The notes below the pieces were generated by a model. It was given only the letters and a program-made list of their open reading frames with translations, had not been told where the DNA came from and ran no database searches. Positions 30,830-41,238 of a DNA stretch of 64,000 nt are shown piece by piece; the first letter of the stretch is position 1, and the number at the start of each line of letters is the position of its first letter. The stretch comes from Microcystaceae cyanobacterium (GTDB lineage: Bacteria; Cyanobacteriota; Cyanobacteriia; Cyanobacteriales; Microcystaceae). The stretch lies in contig JBGTGT010000012.1 of the NCBI GenBank assembly GCA_041746575.1, forward strand, positions 12,943 to 76,942, read 5' to 3'. The translations under genes and the position numbers were made by a program.

Positions 30830-33061
30830 TTAAGCCCAAGGATCAGGAACTTTAAAAGGATGATGAGGAAAAGATTGAGCTTCCTCTTCTGCAAAATCAA
30901 TAGTAATTGTTTCTTTACTGGGATCGAGTTCCCGTTTAAGCTTATTCCAATCCCCCGGATCGTTCAGTTCTTCATAGAAACCGTCCGGAGAAGCGATTGT
31001 TTCACCATAGGCAATGGTTTTTTCAAAGAACTTAACGCCCTCAGAGGATAAAGGCGGCGAAATAGGAGCAGGAGAAGTTACTTTTAATGGGGACAAGGAA
31101 GTCGGTGACGGGGCGATAGGATATATCTCCTGTTTCAATTGGTCAAATTCGCGGGTTAATTCTGTTAATAGTTCTTCAATCGCTGTCAATCGGCGGACGA
31201 GGTTCGGCTCTCCTCCAGTCGTTGGTTTCTCTAGCGAAGGGGCTACAGCAGTTAAGTCATGACCGAAAAGTCGTTCAATTTCATCGAGAGTGGTTTCTCC
31301 TGCATAAACAAACGTCAAAGCTTGATCGAGAAGCGATGACATACCTGCTTGAGTGGCTGAGGTTAACAGTTGTTCTGCCGTTGCCTTCTGACTAATAAGG
31401 GCTTTTAAAGAAGGGTCGACGTTAAAAACTTCATAAATTCCAACTTGTCCTTGATAACCTTGGCCGTTACAGGTACGACATAAACGACCTTTCACTTGTG
31501 CTTGTTCGATGGCCGTTGGATTTAAGACGTTTGCTTTGTATAGGGAAGTCGGAGAAGGGGAAAGTCCAAATTTAGCCTTTTGTGCCGCATCGGGTTCATG
31601 AATTAAGCGGCAAGTGGGACAAAGGCGACGGATGAGGCGTTGATTAATGATACCGCTCAGGGTGTCTCCTAAGAGCGAAGCTGTCATGCCTAAATCTGCC
31701 AAATGCGTCAGGGCATGAGGAATAGATGGTACATCCAAGCTGGTTAAGATATAACGACCTCGGGCGGCTGCATCGGTCAAATGATGGGCAATTTCTGCAT
31801 CTCCCAAACAGTCGACGAAAATGACATCTACATCTTGTCGAAGCAAAGATTGCAACATCTTGCCGTAGGTTCGCTCTTTCTGAGGATTAACTTGCACTTG
31901 CGTCACGTTTGGCAGGGTGCGTTCAATGGGATCTTCAAGGGATACTAAACTTAACCCTTGTTCACTTTTTTGAGACAGCAAGGTATAGAGTGTCGTCGTT
32001 TTGCCAGAATGGGCGGGGCCGATGATCAACACTAAGCCCGATGATCGTCTAATTAGCCTTTGAACTGCAGAATCTTCGAGGAAGGGGCGGATTTGGGGGA
32101 TGGTACGGCAGTCATCGATGATTTTAATGATTGCTTTTTCGCCTCGCTGACTGGGGAGAATATTGATTAATAAATTCACGGATCTTCCCGCAAAATTACG
32201 CTGAATTTGCCCTTTTTGTAAGTGCTGTCGTTGATTAATATCTATTTCTGCCATCAATTTGAGTCGAGAGAGGATGGCCGGTGCGACTTGGATCGGCAAG
32301 GGATCTAAGGACGGTTGCAACAATCCATCTTGCCGAAAACGAACACTGAGTAAGTTCTCTTGGGGATCGATGTGAATTTCTGAGGCTTTGCTCGTTAAAG
32401 CTTTTTCAAGGATCTTATTGACTAATTTGATAATCGGGGCTTCGGATGCCTGATCCAGTTGGCTGATATCTTCTTCCTCCATAGCGGCCAGAATAGGGGG
32501 CATTTGCTCAAAGATTTCTGTCACGTCTACAATCGTCGGACTGACCATCTCTGTGGCTTGAGAAGCACGGGGATAAATTTGTGACCAAAGCCGTTGATAA
32601 TCTTCGAGGGTAATACCAATACGCTGTAATTCGACCCCTTTCTGTTGAAGACGCTGTTTGAGGGGAGTGAGAAGATGGATTTGACTGGGATCGACCATCG
32701 CTATTCTCAAAATGGCGGGCTTTTGGTTGTTTAAACTTAACGGTAATAGTTGATGCACTCGGCAAAGTTCTGCCATTTCTAATGATTCGATGATTTTTGC
32801 GATTTTTTCGGGATGGATTTCCGTATGGCTTTTAAAATATTCGACGCCGTAGAGAATTTTCAGGCTAAAGAGATGTTGTTTTTTATGTTGATCGAGAACA
32901 GAGGAGGGCAAAGGATGACCCGTAATATTCGGTAAAATTTCCAGCAGGGAACGACCTGTTTTGCGGGATTCGATCAAGGCCTGTTGCATCTGGGGGATAG
33001 TCATATATCCCGATTGAAGCAATTCGTTCGTCAAAGAAGAGTGATCGGATTGGGACGACAT
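30830..33061 (-). CDS. GspE/PilB paralog (PilB2-like) with degenerate ATPase motifs
   Basis: Clear paralog of the PilB at 8949 (ASEIHIDP, RFRQDG, GPAHSGKTTT, EDPIE, tetra-Cys). Walker B reads DVIFVDCLGD and the His box reads LTSLDV. Confidence 0.88.
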   Translation of the reverse strand: MSSQSDHSSLTNELLQSGYMTIPQMQQALIESRKTGRSLLEILPNITGHPLPSSVLDQHKKQHLFSLKILYGVEYFKSHTEIHPEKIAKIIESLEMAELCRVHQLLPLSLNNQKPAILRIAMVDPSQIHLLTPLKQRLQQKGVELQRIGITLEDYQRLWSQIYPRASQATEMVSPTIVDVTEIFEQMPPILAAMEEEDISQLDQASEAPIIKLVNKILEKALTSKASEIHIDPQENLLSVRFRQDGLLQPSLDPLPIQVAPAILSRLKLMAEIDINQRQHLQKGQIQRNFAGRSVNLLINILPSQRGEKAIIKIIDDCRTIPQIRPFLEDSAVQRLIRRSSGLVLIIGPAHSGKTTTLYTLLSQKSEQGLSLVSLEDPIERTLPNVTQVQVNPQKERTYGKMLQSLLRQDVDVIFVDCLGDAEIAHHLTDAAARGRYILTSLDVPSIPHALTHLADLGMTASLLGDTLSGIINQRLIRRLCPTCRLIHEPDAAQKAKFGLSPSPTSLYKANVLNPTAIEQAQVKGRLCRTCNGQGYQGQVGIYEVFNVDPSLKALISQKATAEQLLTSATQAGMSSLLDQALTFVYAGETTLDEIERLFGHDLTAVAPSLEKPTTGGEPNLVRRLTAIEELLTELTREFDQLKQEIYPIAPSPTSLSPLKVTSPAPISPPLSSEGVKFFEKTIAYGETIASPDGFYEELNDPGDWNKLKRELDPSKETITIDFAEEEAQSFPHHPFKVPDPWA

Positions 33062-33196
33062 AGCATAGATGAAGGATGGAGTTGACAGTCAAGCTAACCT
33101 AATGATTAGGTTTCCCAAAATAGGAATTAAAAGTAGCAGGTTACAGGAAATTTGATAAGGTAGAAGTCAGGTTTTTTGAGCGGTGATAAAACGTCC

Positions 33197-33721
33197 ATGT
33201 CAGACCCTTGTTTGTCCACTGAAACCAAAATTCGCGATGGAGTAGCCGAAGATTTAGCTAAAATTGTCGAAATTTACAATGCCAGTATTCCCCAACGCCT
33301 TGCAACTGCCGATTTAGAGCCGATTTCCCTCGAAAGTCGCCAGCTTTGGTTTACCAATCATCATTGCGATCGTTATCCCCTTTGGGTGATGGCTAAGGGA
33401 ACAGATGTGATGGGATGGTTAAGTTTACAACGGTTCTATGGTCGTCCTGCTTATCATAAAACGGCAGAAATTAGCATTTATATTGCCCCCAATTATCAGC
33501 ATCAAGGGGTTGGTCGTCAATTATTACAACATGCAATTGCAGAAAGCCCGCGTTTGGGCCTTCATACCTTAATGGGGCTGATTTTTGCCCATAATCAACC
33601 CAGTTTGAAGTTATTTAAGGGGCTTGATTTCGAGCAATGGGGTTATCTCCCTGAAATTGCTGATTTTGATGATATTAAGCGAGATCTAGTGATTATGGGG
33701 CGGAAAATTGTCATATTATGA
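33197..33721 (+). CDS. GNAT N-acetyltransferase (phosphinothricin/methionine-sulfone acetyltransferase-like)
   Basis: IYNASIP..LATADLEP, RPAYHKTAEISIY, QGVGRQLL, HNQPSLKLF; ATG at 33197 preferred over TTG at 33176. Confidence 0.9.
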   Translation: MSDPCLSTETKIRDGVAEDLAKIVEIYNASIPQRLATADLEPISLESRQLWFTNHHCDRYPLWVMAKGTDVMGWLSLQRFYGRPAYHKTAEISIYIAPNYQHQGVGRQLLQHAIAESPRLGLHTLMGLIFAHNQPSLKLFKGLDFEQWGYLPEIADFDDIKRDLVIMGRKIVIL

Positions 33722-33902
33722 GCTCTAATGATTCATGTAAAAGAAAAGATTGAAATAGGGAGTATTCCTTTGTAATTTCTTGGGGTGATTGAGTCGGTTA
33801 GCCAAACGCTTTATATTTCTTCACAAAGTTACAGCTTAATCCTAATTAAAGAACGGGTATCTTAGAAATAATCATTGTTTTTGAGGTTTTTATTAGGGAA
33901 TT

Positions 33903-34517
33903 ATGCCACTCATAATGATCTTGACCTCTTCCGTTAATCTGATTTCCCAACTTCCGCCCCTTCCTTCTTCAACGGTTAGCTTATCCTCAGATTATTCTAC
34001 AAAATCTGAAGAAAACAACCCAGAAAATTCAATAAACCTCGTCTGCTCTCCTACGACCCTCAAATTTGCGGCTCAAGACGTTCGTCTAGTTATCGAACAA
34101 CAACGACAGCAAAGTTACTTATTAACCACAAAGTTGAATATTCTTTTTGTAGTAAATGGGGCATTAATGACGAGTTTAACTATCTCTCGTTTAATTATGC
34201 AACCGAGTATTTTTAGTTTTGGGGAAGTAATTGGCTTTTTGATCAATTTTACCCTATTGATTAATGCTTTTTTGCCGAGACAGGTCGCAGTGAGTCCGAA
34301 CTTGGAAGATAATAAATTTTTAGAACGGTATCTCTTGCTCGCCCCAGAAGACTATCAAGTAAAAATGATGGTTAATCATGTCGCAACCTATCAAACCAAT
34401 AAACAACGAATTGATGATGTTTCCCAATCGTTAAATTATGCCGCCTATGTGACTTGGGCGATCGCTTTTGTTATTATGTTGCATATAATTGCATCTTATT
34501 TTGCCCAGATCCTCTAA
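33903..34517 (+). CDS. Hypothetical 3-TM membrane protein (possible DUF5706/Pycsar-effector-like topology)
   Basis: Two close TMs ending in AFLPR, soluble loop, C-terminal TM. Confidence 0.65.
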   Translation: MPLIMILTSSVNLISQLPPLPSSTVSLSSDYSTKSEENNPENSINLVCSPTTLKFAAQDVRLVIEQQRQQSYLLTTKLNILFVVNGALMTSLTISRLIMQPSIFSFGEVIGFLINFTLLINAFLPRQVAVSPNLEDNKFLERYLLLAPEDYQVKMMVNHVATYQTNKQRIDDVSQSLNYAAYVTWAIAFVIMLHIIASYFAQIL

Positions 34518-34535
34518 ATATATAGAGAGTGTCTT

Positions 34536-34832
34536 ATGATGATTTCTTCCTCTACCCCTTCTAACCCTGATAGGCAGTTAACCCCTCCCTGTCCTGATTC
34601 TATTACTCCTCACTACGCTGAAGAGGCAGAAAACGCAGTGACGTCACTACCCGAGGAAAATAACGAAATAACATTAGAGTTACCCGAACCAGATTCCGAT
34701 AATATTACTGTTTTGACAGATAAATCGCCGAATAAACCAATTTTGCCTTGGAATCATTATGACTCTCCTTGGGAAGATTCAGAAATAAGGGAAGAACCTT
34801 CATCAACTAACGAAGAAAAAGAAGAGGAATAA
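34536..34832 (+). CDS. Small acidic, probably disordered hypothetical protein
   Basis: 98-aa Pro/Glu/Ser-rich ORF 18 bp after the previous gene, with a short LPWNHYDSPWE motif. Confidence 0.6.
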   Translation: MMISSSTPSNPDRQLTPPCPDSITPHYAEEAENAVTSLPEENNEITLELPEPDSDNITVLTDKSPNKPILPWNHYDSPWEDSEIREEPSSTNEEKEEE

Positions 34833-34889
34833 AAAGGGACGGGACTTAATAGGGAGCATTAAGCGCAATCCAGTCATTTCACGATTAAA

Positions 34890-36047
34890 CTATTGTCCTT
34901 TGGGAAAAAGGAGTTGGAATTGGGTGCGTAATGTCCAATCTGGCCCATTTTCAGGGGTTTCTACATTCCAGTAGGCTTGCAATGTGGCATTAATGGGTTG
35001 TGCGCCGATTTTAAATAAGCGACCGACTCCTCCCCCAATGGGAACTATCCATTTATTTCCCGAAGAAGCATTCCAATTAGCTGTAATAATGGGCGCACTG
35101 ACTAAATACCAGCCATTGGGCAAGTTATAGTTAATAAAAGGTTGTAGCAAAAATTGGCTAACATCGGGACGATCGCTATCACCAGCCACTGACCAAATAT
35201 TATTCGCTAATGCACCGACAACCCAAGGTGCCTCGGTTACCACAATAACTGCCGTAGGGCCAATTCCCCATTTTCCGGTGCCTAAACTTTTATCGGTTGC
35301 GGTGGGTAAGAGAAAAACAGAGCCGACTCCCCATGTTATTTTACTTTGGGTTTTCGGAACAAAAAATAGTTGCGGATTAATATCTCCTAAACCAAAATGA
35401 CTATATTGAGTTTGGGTTAAAGCGGGTTGATAAACAATCGGAAAAATGGTTCGACTCACTAATAACCAGTCATCACTGAGATCAATAGGAACAACGGGTT
35501 GGATGTTGAGAATATTTTGAGTGCGATCCAGTTCCCCAACTCCAAAATTGGTATTATTTTGAAAAGGAAAACTAATTAAACTAGCGATCGGATTTTGAGC
35601 TTTTTCGGCTAAACTTTGCCCCCCAGAAGATTCACCGGTTTCAGGTTCGTTTTTTGGCTCAGCTTCTTCGGGTTCTTCTAAAATGGGTTGAGTTTCTTCG
35701 GGTTCAATTTGAGTCTGAAATTGTAAATCTGAAGCCAGTTGGCTGATATTTTTGGCGTCGGGAGCAGGAACTGCACTTTTCTGGGTATCCTCAAGAGAAG
35801 ATGCTGAGGTCAATAATTCTGAATTTAAAGTATCATTTAATTGGGTTTCTGGATCAAGATTTGATAAATGTATCTCTCCAAAAGTTGAATTAATTTGATA
35901 ATTAGATAAAATAAAATTCGGCTTTATTTGCAAACGATCAAGCTCATTTTTACTGATTTCAATCGTTTGAGTCAATCCTTGTTGAGCTATCCAAGGAGTC
36001 AAAATAACTGGAAAAATAATTGCTATTTTCAAAAAAAGTTTCATCAT
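34890..36047 (-). CDS. Putative outer-membrane beta-barrel transporter ('neuromedin U'-annotated family)
   Basis: Signal peptide; LAEKAQNPIASLISFPFQNN, NIQPVVP, LGTGKWGIGP; C-terminal WTLRTQFQLLFP. Confidence 0.8.
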   Translation of the reverse strand: MMKLFLKIAIIFPVILTPWIAQQGLTQTIEISKNELDRLQIKPNFILSNYQINSTFGEIHLSNLDPETQLNDTLNSELLTSASSLEDTQKSAVPAPDAKNISQLASDLQFQTQIEPEETQPILEEPEEAEPKNEPETGESSGGQSLAEKAQNPIASLISFPFQNNTNFGVGELDRTQNILNIQPVVPIDLSDDWLLVSRTIFPIVYQPALTQTQYSHFGLGDINPQLFFVPKTQSKITWGVGSVFLLPTATDKSLGTGKWGIGPTAVIVVTEAPWVVGALANNIWSVAGDSDRPDVSQFLLQPFINYNLPNGWYLVSAPIITANWNASSGNKWIVPIGGGVGRLFKIGAQPINATLQAYWNVETPENGPDWTLRTQFQLLFPKGQ

Positions 36048-36247
36048 TTTCTCACACCGTAATCAATTCTTAATTAATGTTAGGATAACAGGGAGTGAAA
36101 ATCAATAGTTTTAGGCTCAATAATCTTATTCTTCAAAATATGTCGTTCTCAATCAAAAAAACGAAAATTCTAACTTGTGCTTATCAATTGAAAGACATTA
36201 ACCGTGAGCTTATCTAATCGTTTGTCGGTTTGGTTCAAGATATTCTC

Positions 36248-36466
36248 TTAAAATTTGCCAATAGAGGGAATCCAAGTGGTATCCAAAGAAGATTCCTGTG
36301 AGACAATGACCAAACCAACTCCCAAATACTGACCGTAGTTATCAAATTTATCTTGTTGCGCTGACTGATGGGGACTGGTTAAGGTATCAGTTAAGCCTAA
36401 GCTCATCAGGATGACGGTCACAGCGAGAATAGCGTAATTACGGATAGCGAGAGTGGTATAAGACAT
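36248..36466 (-). CDS. Small hypothetical secreted/membrane protein
   Basis: From the ATG (MSYTTLAIRNYAILAVTVILMSLG) inside track ORF 36248..36547; hydrophobic N-terminus. Confidence 0.45.
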   Translation of the reverse strand: MSYTTLAIRNYAILAVTVILMSLGLTDTLTSPHQSAQQDKFDNYGQYLGVGLVIVSQESSLDTTWIPSIGKF

Positions 36467-36775
36467 TTGTTTTAATTTCTTTTTTAGAGAAACTCGTCCT
36501 CTTAAGGATAGTCCAAGAATCTGTTGCGCTTGAGCAAAAAAACGCAAGTTTTGAAAAGAATCGAACTTTAGATAGACCTCTAGAAATTTATCGTCTAAAT
36601 TTGAAAATTGATATACTGACTATCAGGTCTGAGAGGGTCTTCGTAATTAGCATTGAAGGTATTGAAGGGATTAAAGAAGCCAGTAAGGGTGGATTTATCG
36701 AGTTTATGGCGAGATCAAGCGTTTGGCGTAATAGACCTCTAACCTCATCAAAGATGATAAATTTGACTCGATGAC

Positions 36776-38698
36776 TTAAGGACAGTGAAAACGTTGATAA
36801 TTATAACCATTAATAGCAGGTAATTTCTGGATATCTTTTTGACAGTAGCTATCTAATTTCAGGGTAGAATAATAAAAATTTACTGGCCAAATCTCTAGGG
36901 GATATCGGTCAGGGTAATGACTTTTTTGTAAATAAGAGGGTAAATGATAAACCTTGGTGTTTTCTTCTTTGAGAATCATAAATGAGAGATTTTGTGAGGA
37001 ATTTTGGTGAACGGCTTCCCAAGCAATTCCCATAATTTCCCCTGTTTGAGATAGGCTGATATAAGGCGCAACTACTAAAACGGGGGCGATGGATTGTTGT
37101 TCGATGACTTTGACTAGGCGATTGGGTAAATAATACTTTTGATATCCTAAATTTCCTAAAACGGTTACTGCGCCTAATAATCCTATTATCCAAATAATGC
37201 TAACCGTTAATATTGGTTGATGCTGGCTCATTTTGGGACAAGATTTCAGCCATTTTGACGGCAGTAATTGAGCAGATTTAAAATAAGGATGATCAAGAAT
37301 TGTTGCTAAGATCACACCAATTAACCAGATAATGGGGGGAAAGTAAATAAAACTATATCTTGCACCTCTTGTAATGTCAATTCCTAAGCCATAGGTAATG
37401 GTAAAAGTAACGATTAATAAGCTGCCAATTAATAAAAGTAATCCTTGGATTAAAATTTGAGTTTCAGAATTCAATAAACTTAATTGAATTGCTTTTCTAG
37501 CAATGGGAATCAGCCAAAGAAAGAAGAGCAACATCGCTAACCCTGACAGAATTACAATGAACAAATCGGCAGACTCTACCGGCAATAATGTAAACATGGT
37601 AATCCAAGCCGCTAACAACTGAAAAGGCGGGTTAATCATGCCTAAAATGGGGTAATCATGGCGTTGTATCCACGCAGTCATTTCATTACCATAACCTTCA
37701 GAGAGGGCAAGATTTAACCAAAATAACCCTGTTGTTGCTGTTCCTAAGATAACCCAAATTAATCTCGTCCAAGGAGATAATTTTAGACCCTTAGTACGCC
37801 ATTGATAGACAAATAAACCCAGTAAACTTAATCCTTCAGCAACAAAAATTAAACTCAGAAAATAGTGAATAGAGAGTCCAACACTATTAATAATTAACCA
37901 AAGAAAGATTAAAAAATAAGAAGGCTTTTGGTGCTGAGACAATAACTGAAATGCTTTGAGAAAACAGCCCAAAGAGGCTAAAACAAACAAAATCGCTAGC
38001 GTATAATGTCGAGCTTCTTGGGCAATAAAAATCCCATAAGAAGAGACAGCCATCATCGCCGCACAACTATCGGCAATCAGGATGGACTTGAACAATTTTC
38101 GGCTAATCAAGTAAATTAGGGGAATCGCTAAAACCCCAAAAAGAGCCGGCAGCGATCGCATTCCCCATAAACTTACATATTCACCAGCATTAGAAAACCA
38201 TGTTATCCACCAATGTACTAAAATAAAATACAAAGGTGGATGATTATCTTGATCTAAAATTAAACGAATAATATCAAAAACACTGACTTGATCATTAACC
38301 CTTAGAGAGCTTAAAAATTGTTCTGCTGAAAGGACTTGATTGAAGGGAATTTTTTCAAAAGAATTTCCTAAGCTAAATGCCATGGTGGCAAATTCATCTG
38401 TCCAAGGGGGCTTAGCGGTTAGATTGATAAAACGTAAAGTTGTTCCCAATAAAATCCAAAAACCGAGGCGTAATAAATGAGCGTTTTTCACTGACGCTGA
38501 CAATACCTTCTCTGATAAACAAGGTTTTAAGGCGGACATCTCACACCCCTGAAGAATAGGGTTAATCTTTATGATTATGACAATGTTGATGTTTTCAAGC
38601 AAGAAAGAAAGAGAACAGATAAAATAGGGAAAGCCGCTTTCTAAGGAGAATGTTTCAAGAACTTTTCTGAGAGAGAAAGCGTCTAAAGGGTAGGACAA
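36776..38698 (-). CDS. GT-C (family 39/83-like) membrane glycosyltransferase
   Basis: PWTDE, DNHPPLYF, RSLPALFG, QEARHYTL; many TMs; true start likely near 38539. Confidence 0.85.
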   Translation of the reverse strand: MSYPLDAFSLRKVLETFSLESGFPYFICSLSFLLENINIVIIIKINPILQGCEMSALKPCLSEKVLSASVKNAHLLRLGFWILLGTTLRFINLTAKPPWTDEFATMAFSLGNSFEKIPFNQVLSAEQFLSSLRVNDQVSVFDIIRLILDQDNHPPLYFILVHWWITWFSNAGEYVSLWGMRSLPALFGVLAIPLIYLISRKLFKSILIADSCAAMMAVSSYGIFIAQEARHYTLAILFVLASLGCFLKAFQLLSQHQKPSYFLIFLWLIINSVGLSIHYFLSLIFVAEGLSLLGLFVYQWRTKGLKLSPWTRLIWVILGTATTGLFWLNLALSEGYGNEMTAWIQRHDYPILGMINPPFQLLAAWITMFTLLPVESADLFIVILSGLAMLLFFLWLIPIARKAIQLSLLNSETQILIQGLLLLIGSLLIVTFTITYGLGIDITRGARYSFIYFPPIIWLIGVILATILDHPYFKSAQLLPSKWLKSCPKMSQHQPILTVSIIWIIGLLGAVTVLGNLGYQKYYLPNRLVKVIEQQSIAPVLVVAPYISLSQTGEIMGIAWEAVHQNSSQNLSFMILKEENTKVYHLPSYLQKSHYPDRYPLEIWPVNFYYSTLKLDSYCQKDIQKLPAINGYNYQRFHCP

Positions 38699-38779
38699 AA
38701 TTTGGCATAACTTGATTTTTCTCCACTCAATTGGCTAAAATCTTAGTAATTTTTGAGGTCGCTATTTCAAGCAAAATTT

Positions 38780-39472
38780 ATGGCTAAATTAACGAAATTA
38801 ACGGCAAAAATTGGGACAATCATTTTCCCGATGACCTTATTCTCTATTTATCTACCCACCTCATCGGCTTGGGCATTTAATCAATTTGACGTCTGTGTTG
38901 ATCAGATGGTCGGCAGTGGAGTTACTGCTGAAAAAGCGGGAACAGCTTGCGCTGATGCTCTTATTCCCAAAGAATTAAGCAGATGTGTCGATATGATTCG
39001 CTCTCGCACAGTTATTGACCCTAATAATGCCCTAGCCGCCTGTTATCGAGTGAGACGACCCGTCGATTTAGCGAACTGTGTGGTGGACATTGATCATGAA
39101 CTTCTGCAAAGTAAAGCGACATTAAGCCCAATCAAACAACCCGAATCTCTCCCCTCGTCTGAGCCACCTGTTACACCCGTTAATCCGCCCCGTGAAGGTG
39201 AAGCCCCCATTATTGAAGAAAATCCCCAATCAAAAGGAAATTATTCTATCCTAATCGCACAAGCACCGATTATTGAAGAACCTTCCCCTGATACAACCCC
39301 CATTTTGGTGGCCTTAGATAGCTGTCGGCGCAGTCTGTTGCCGGGACGCTATTCTGAATGTGTTACTGGACTCAGTCGTCGTGCCAATTTATCCCCTATC
39401 CAAGCAATGAATACCTGTCTAGATGCTCAAGCCTATCCCGAAGATATTTTTCCGGTCTATGATCAACAATAA
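38780..39472 (+). CDS. Secreted Cys-patterned hypothetical protein
   Basis: Signal peptide (AWA site), repeated AC...P..L..CV units, Pro-rich insert. Confidence 0.7.
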   Translation: MAKLTKLTAKIGTIIFPMTLFSIYLPTSSAWAFNQFDVCVDQMVGSGVTAEKAGTACADALIPKELSRCVDMIRSRTVIDPNNALAACYRVRRPVDLANCVVDIDHELLQSKATLSPIKQPESLPSSEPPVTPVNPPREGEAPIIEENPQSKGNYSILIAQAPIIEEPSPDTTPILVALDSCRRSLLPGRYSECVTGLSRRANLSPIQAMNTCLDAQAYPEDIFPVYDQQ

Positions 39473-39640
39473 TCGTTATTTATCGAGCGGCCGCTTGGGG
39501 TTATGCAAAATTTTCCTCCATTCTTCGGCATGAGTGCTTTTTTGCCCTCTTATTCCCTGAATTTCGCAAGAAGTCTAATAATAGAGTATAGTGTTTACTG
39601 ATTCGTGCCTGTTGCCGCCTATTTCGAGAAAAACAATTTT

Positions 39641-40447
39641 ATGGATTTATTGCTGAAAAAAAATCTAGATCGTTGGATCAGTCCCCGATATTTAGAGCTT
39701 TTACAAATTTTAGTCACCCGTAACCTCAAAGGACGCTACCGAGGGTCATTTTTGGGGATATACTGGTCATTATTGCATCCTATTTTCATGACGGTGGTTT
39801 ATACGGCAGTTTTTGGTGCAGCTTTTTCCCAATATTACGATAATTCAACCTTAAAATACATTCTCGCTGCTTTTACCGGCTTAACCATCATTCACTTTTT
39901 CTCTGGGGCAACTAATCAAGCGTTAGTTAGCATTGTCGCCAGTGGAGGACTGCTCAATAAAATTAAACTACCGATGAGCGTCTTTCCCCTCTCCATGATT
40001 GTGGCCAATGTATTTCAGTTCAGTATGGGGGTTCTTCCTTTTTTGGCCATTATTACCCTCATTATTTCTAGGAATCCTATAAATGTGGTGGCACTTTGTC
40101 TGCCGCTTCTGGCGTTAACGTTGGTCTGTATGGGAGTTGGCTTTTTAGTCGCTGCTTTATATGTTTTTTTTAGAGATTTACCTTATTTTTATGAATTAGT
40201 AACCTTTCTGCTCTGGATTACTTCTCCTATCTTCTACCCAGCGGAGATTGTCCCAGAAAGCGTTAGACCGTTTTTGCTCCTCAACCCCCTATCTCCCATT
40301 ATCGAAAGTCTTCGTCAAATTTCGCTCTCCGGTGCTTGGCCGGATATGGCTTTGATTGGACACGCTCTCCTCAATGGCGTTATTATTTTGACGCTAGGCT
40401 GGAGTTGTTTTCGGGCTTGGCAGAACCAATTTATGGACTTGCTTTAA
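39641..40447 (+). CDS. wzm: ABC-2 polysaccharide exporter permease (Wzm/RfbA-like)
   Basis: RNLKGRYRGSFLGIYWSLLHP, FFRDL, SPIFYP, LNPL. Confidence 0.88.
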   Translation: MDLLLKKNLDRWISPRYLELLQILVTRNLKGRYRGSFLGIYWSLLHPIFMTVVYTAVFGAAFSQYYDNSTLKYILAAFTGLTIIHFFSGATNQALVSIVASGGLLNKIKLPMSVFPLSMIVANVFQFSMGVLPFLAIITLIISRNPINVVALCLPLLALTLVCMGVGFLVAALYVFFRDLPYFYELVTFLLWITSPIFYPAEIVPESVRPFLLLNPLSPIIESLRQISLSGAWPDMALIGHALLNGVIILTLGWSCFRAWQNQFMDLL

Positions 40448-40464
40448 ACTTAAATAAAAGTTAA

Positions 40465-41238
40465 ATGACGGAAGTTATCAGACTCAATCAAGTATCCCTT
40501 TGGCGGCGCACGCAGGAAGAGTTAACCTACGACCTGAAAAAAACCATTTTTTCGCTGCTGGAAGGCAAATATCGCAAACCCTCCCGCAAACTGATTTTAG
40601 ATTCCCTTGATCTCACCGTTTATGCGGGCGAAAAGGTCGGGATTATTGGTTCTAATGGTTCAGGGAAATCCACCTTACTAAAGATCATTTGTGGTATTTT
40701 ACAACCCACATCGGGCAATTTATGGATAAAAGGCGATATTGCGCCCTTAATTGAACTCGGAGCAGGGTTCGATGGAGAATTACCTGTTATCGATAATATT
40801 ATTCTCTACGGCGTGATGCTCGGTTTTCCTCGTAAAGCTATGCAACAGCGGATTGCCCCTATTCTGGAATTTGCCGAACTAGAAGAATACGCTCATGCCC
40901 CCGTTAAAGCCTTATCATCGGGCATGATGGCTCGTCTGGGGTTTGCCATTGCCACAGATGTCGACCCCGATATTTTGATTCTAGACGAAGTGCTGTCTGT
41001 TGGGGACGAAAGCTTCAAATACAAGAGCCAGCAACGCATGAATCGTCTCTGGGATAATAACAAAACAATTTTGGTGGTTTCCCACAGTTTAGAGTTTGTG
41101 CAGACGGCTTGCGATCGCGTCATTTGGCTAGATCGTGGTAAGATACGCTTTGTTGGAAGGGCTGATGAGGCCATTGCCCACTATTTAGGAACCGTTCAAT
41201 CGGGTTCTGCCGTCGAATTACAGCCAAATATCGTATGA
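40465..41238 (+). CDS. wzt: ABC polysaccharide exporter ATPase (Wzt/RfbB-like)
   Basis: GSNGSGKST, LSSGMMARLGF, ILILDEVLSVGD, VSH. Confidence 0.9.
   Translation: MTEVIRLNQVSLWRRTQEELTYDLKKTIFSLLEGKYRKPSRKLILDSLDLTVYAGEKVGIIGSNGSGKSTLLKIICGILQPTSGNLWIKGDIAPLIELGAGFDGELPVIDNIILYGVMLGFPRKAMQQRIAPILEFAELEEYAHAPVKALSSGMMARLGFAIATDVDPDILILDEVLSVGDESFKYKSQQRMNRLWDNNKTILVVSHSLEFVQTACDRVIWLDRGKIRFVGRADEAIAHYLGTVQSGSAVELQPNIV

Noticed and set aside
21900..33100. Canonical Zorya type I/II/III
   Set aside because: No SNF2 helicase (ZorD), HNH nuclease (ZorE) or recognisable ZorC/F/G near the ZorAB-like pair.
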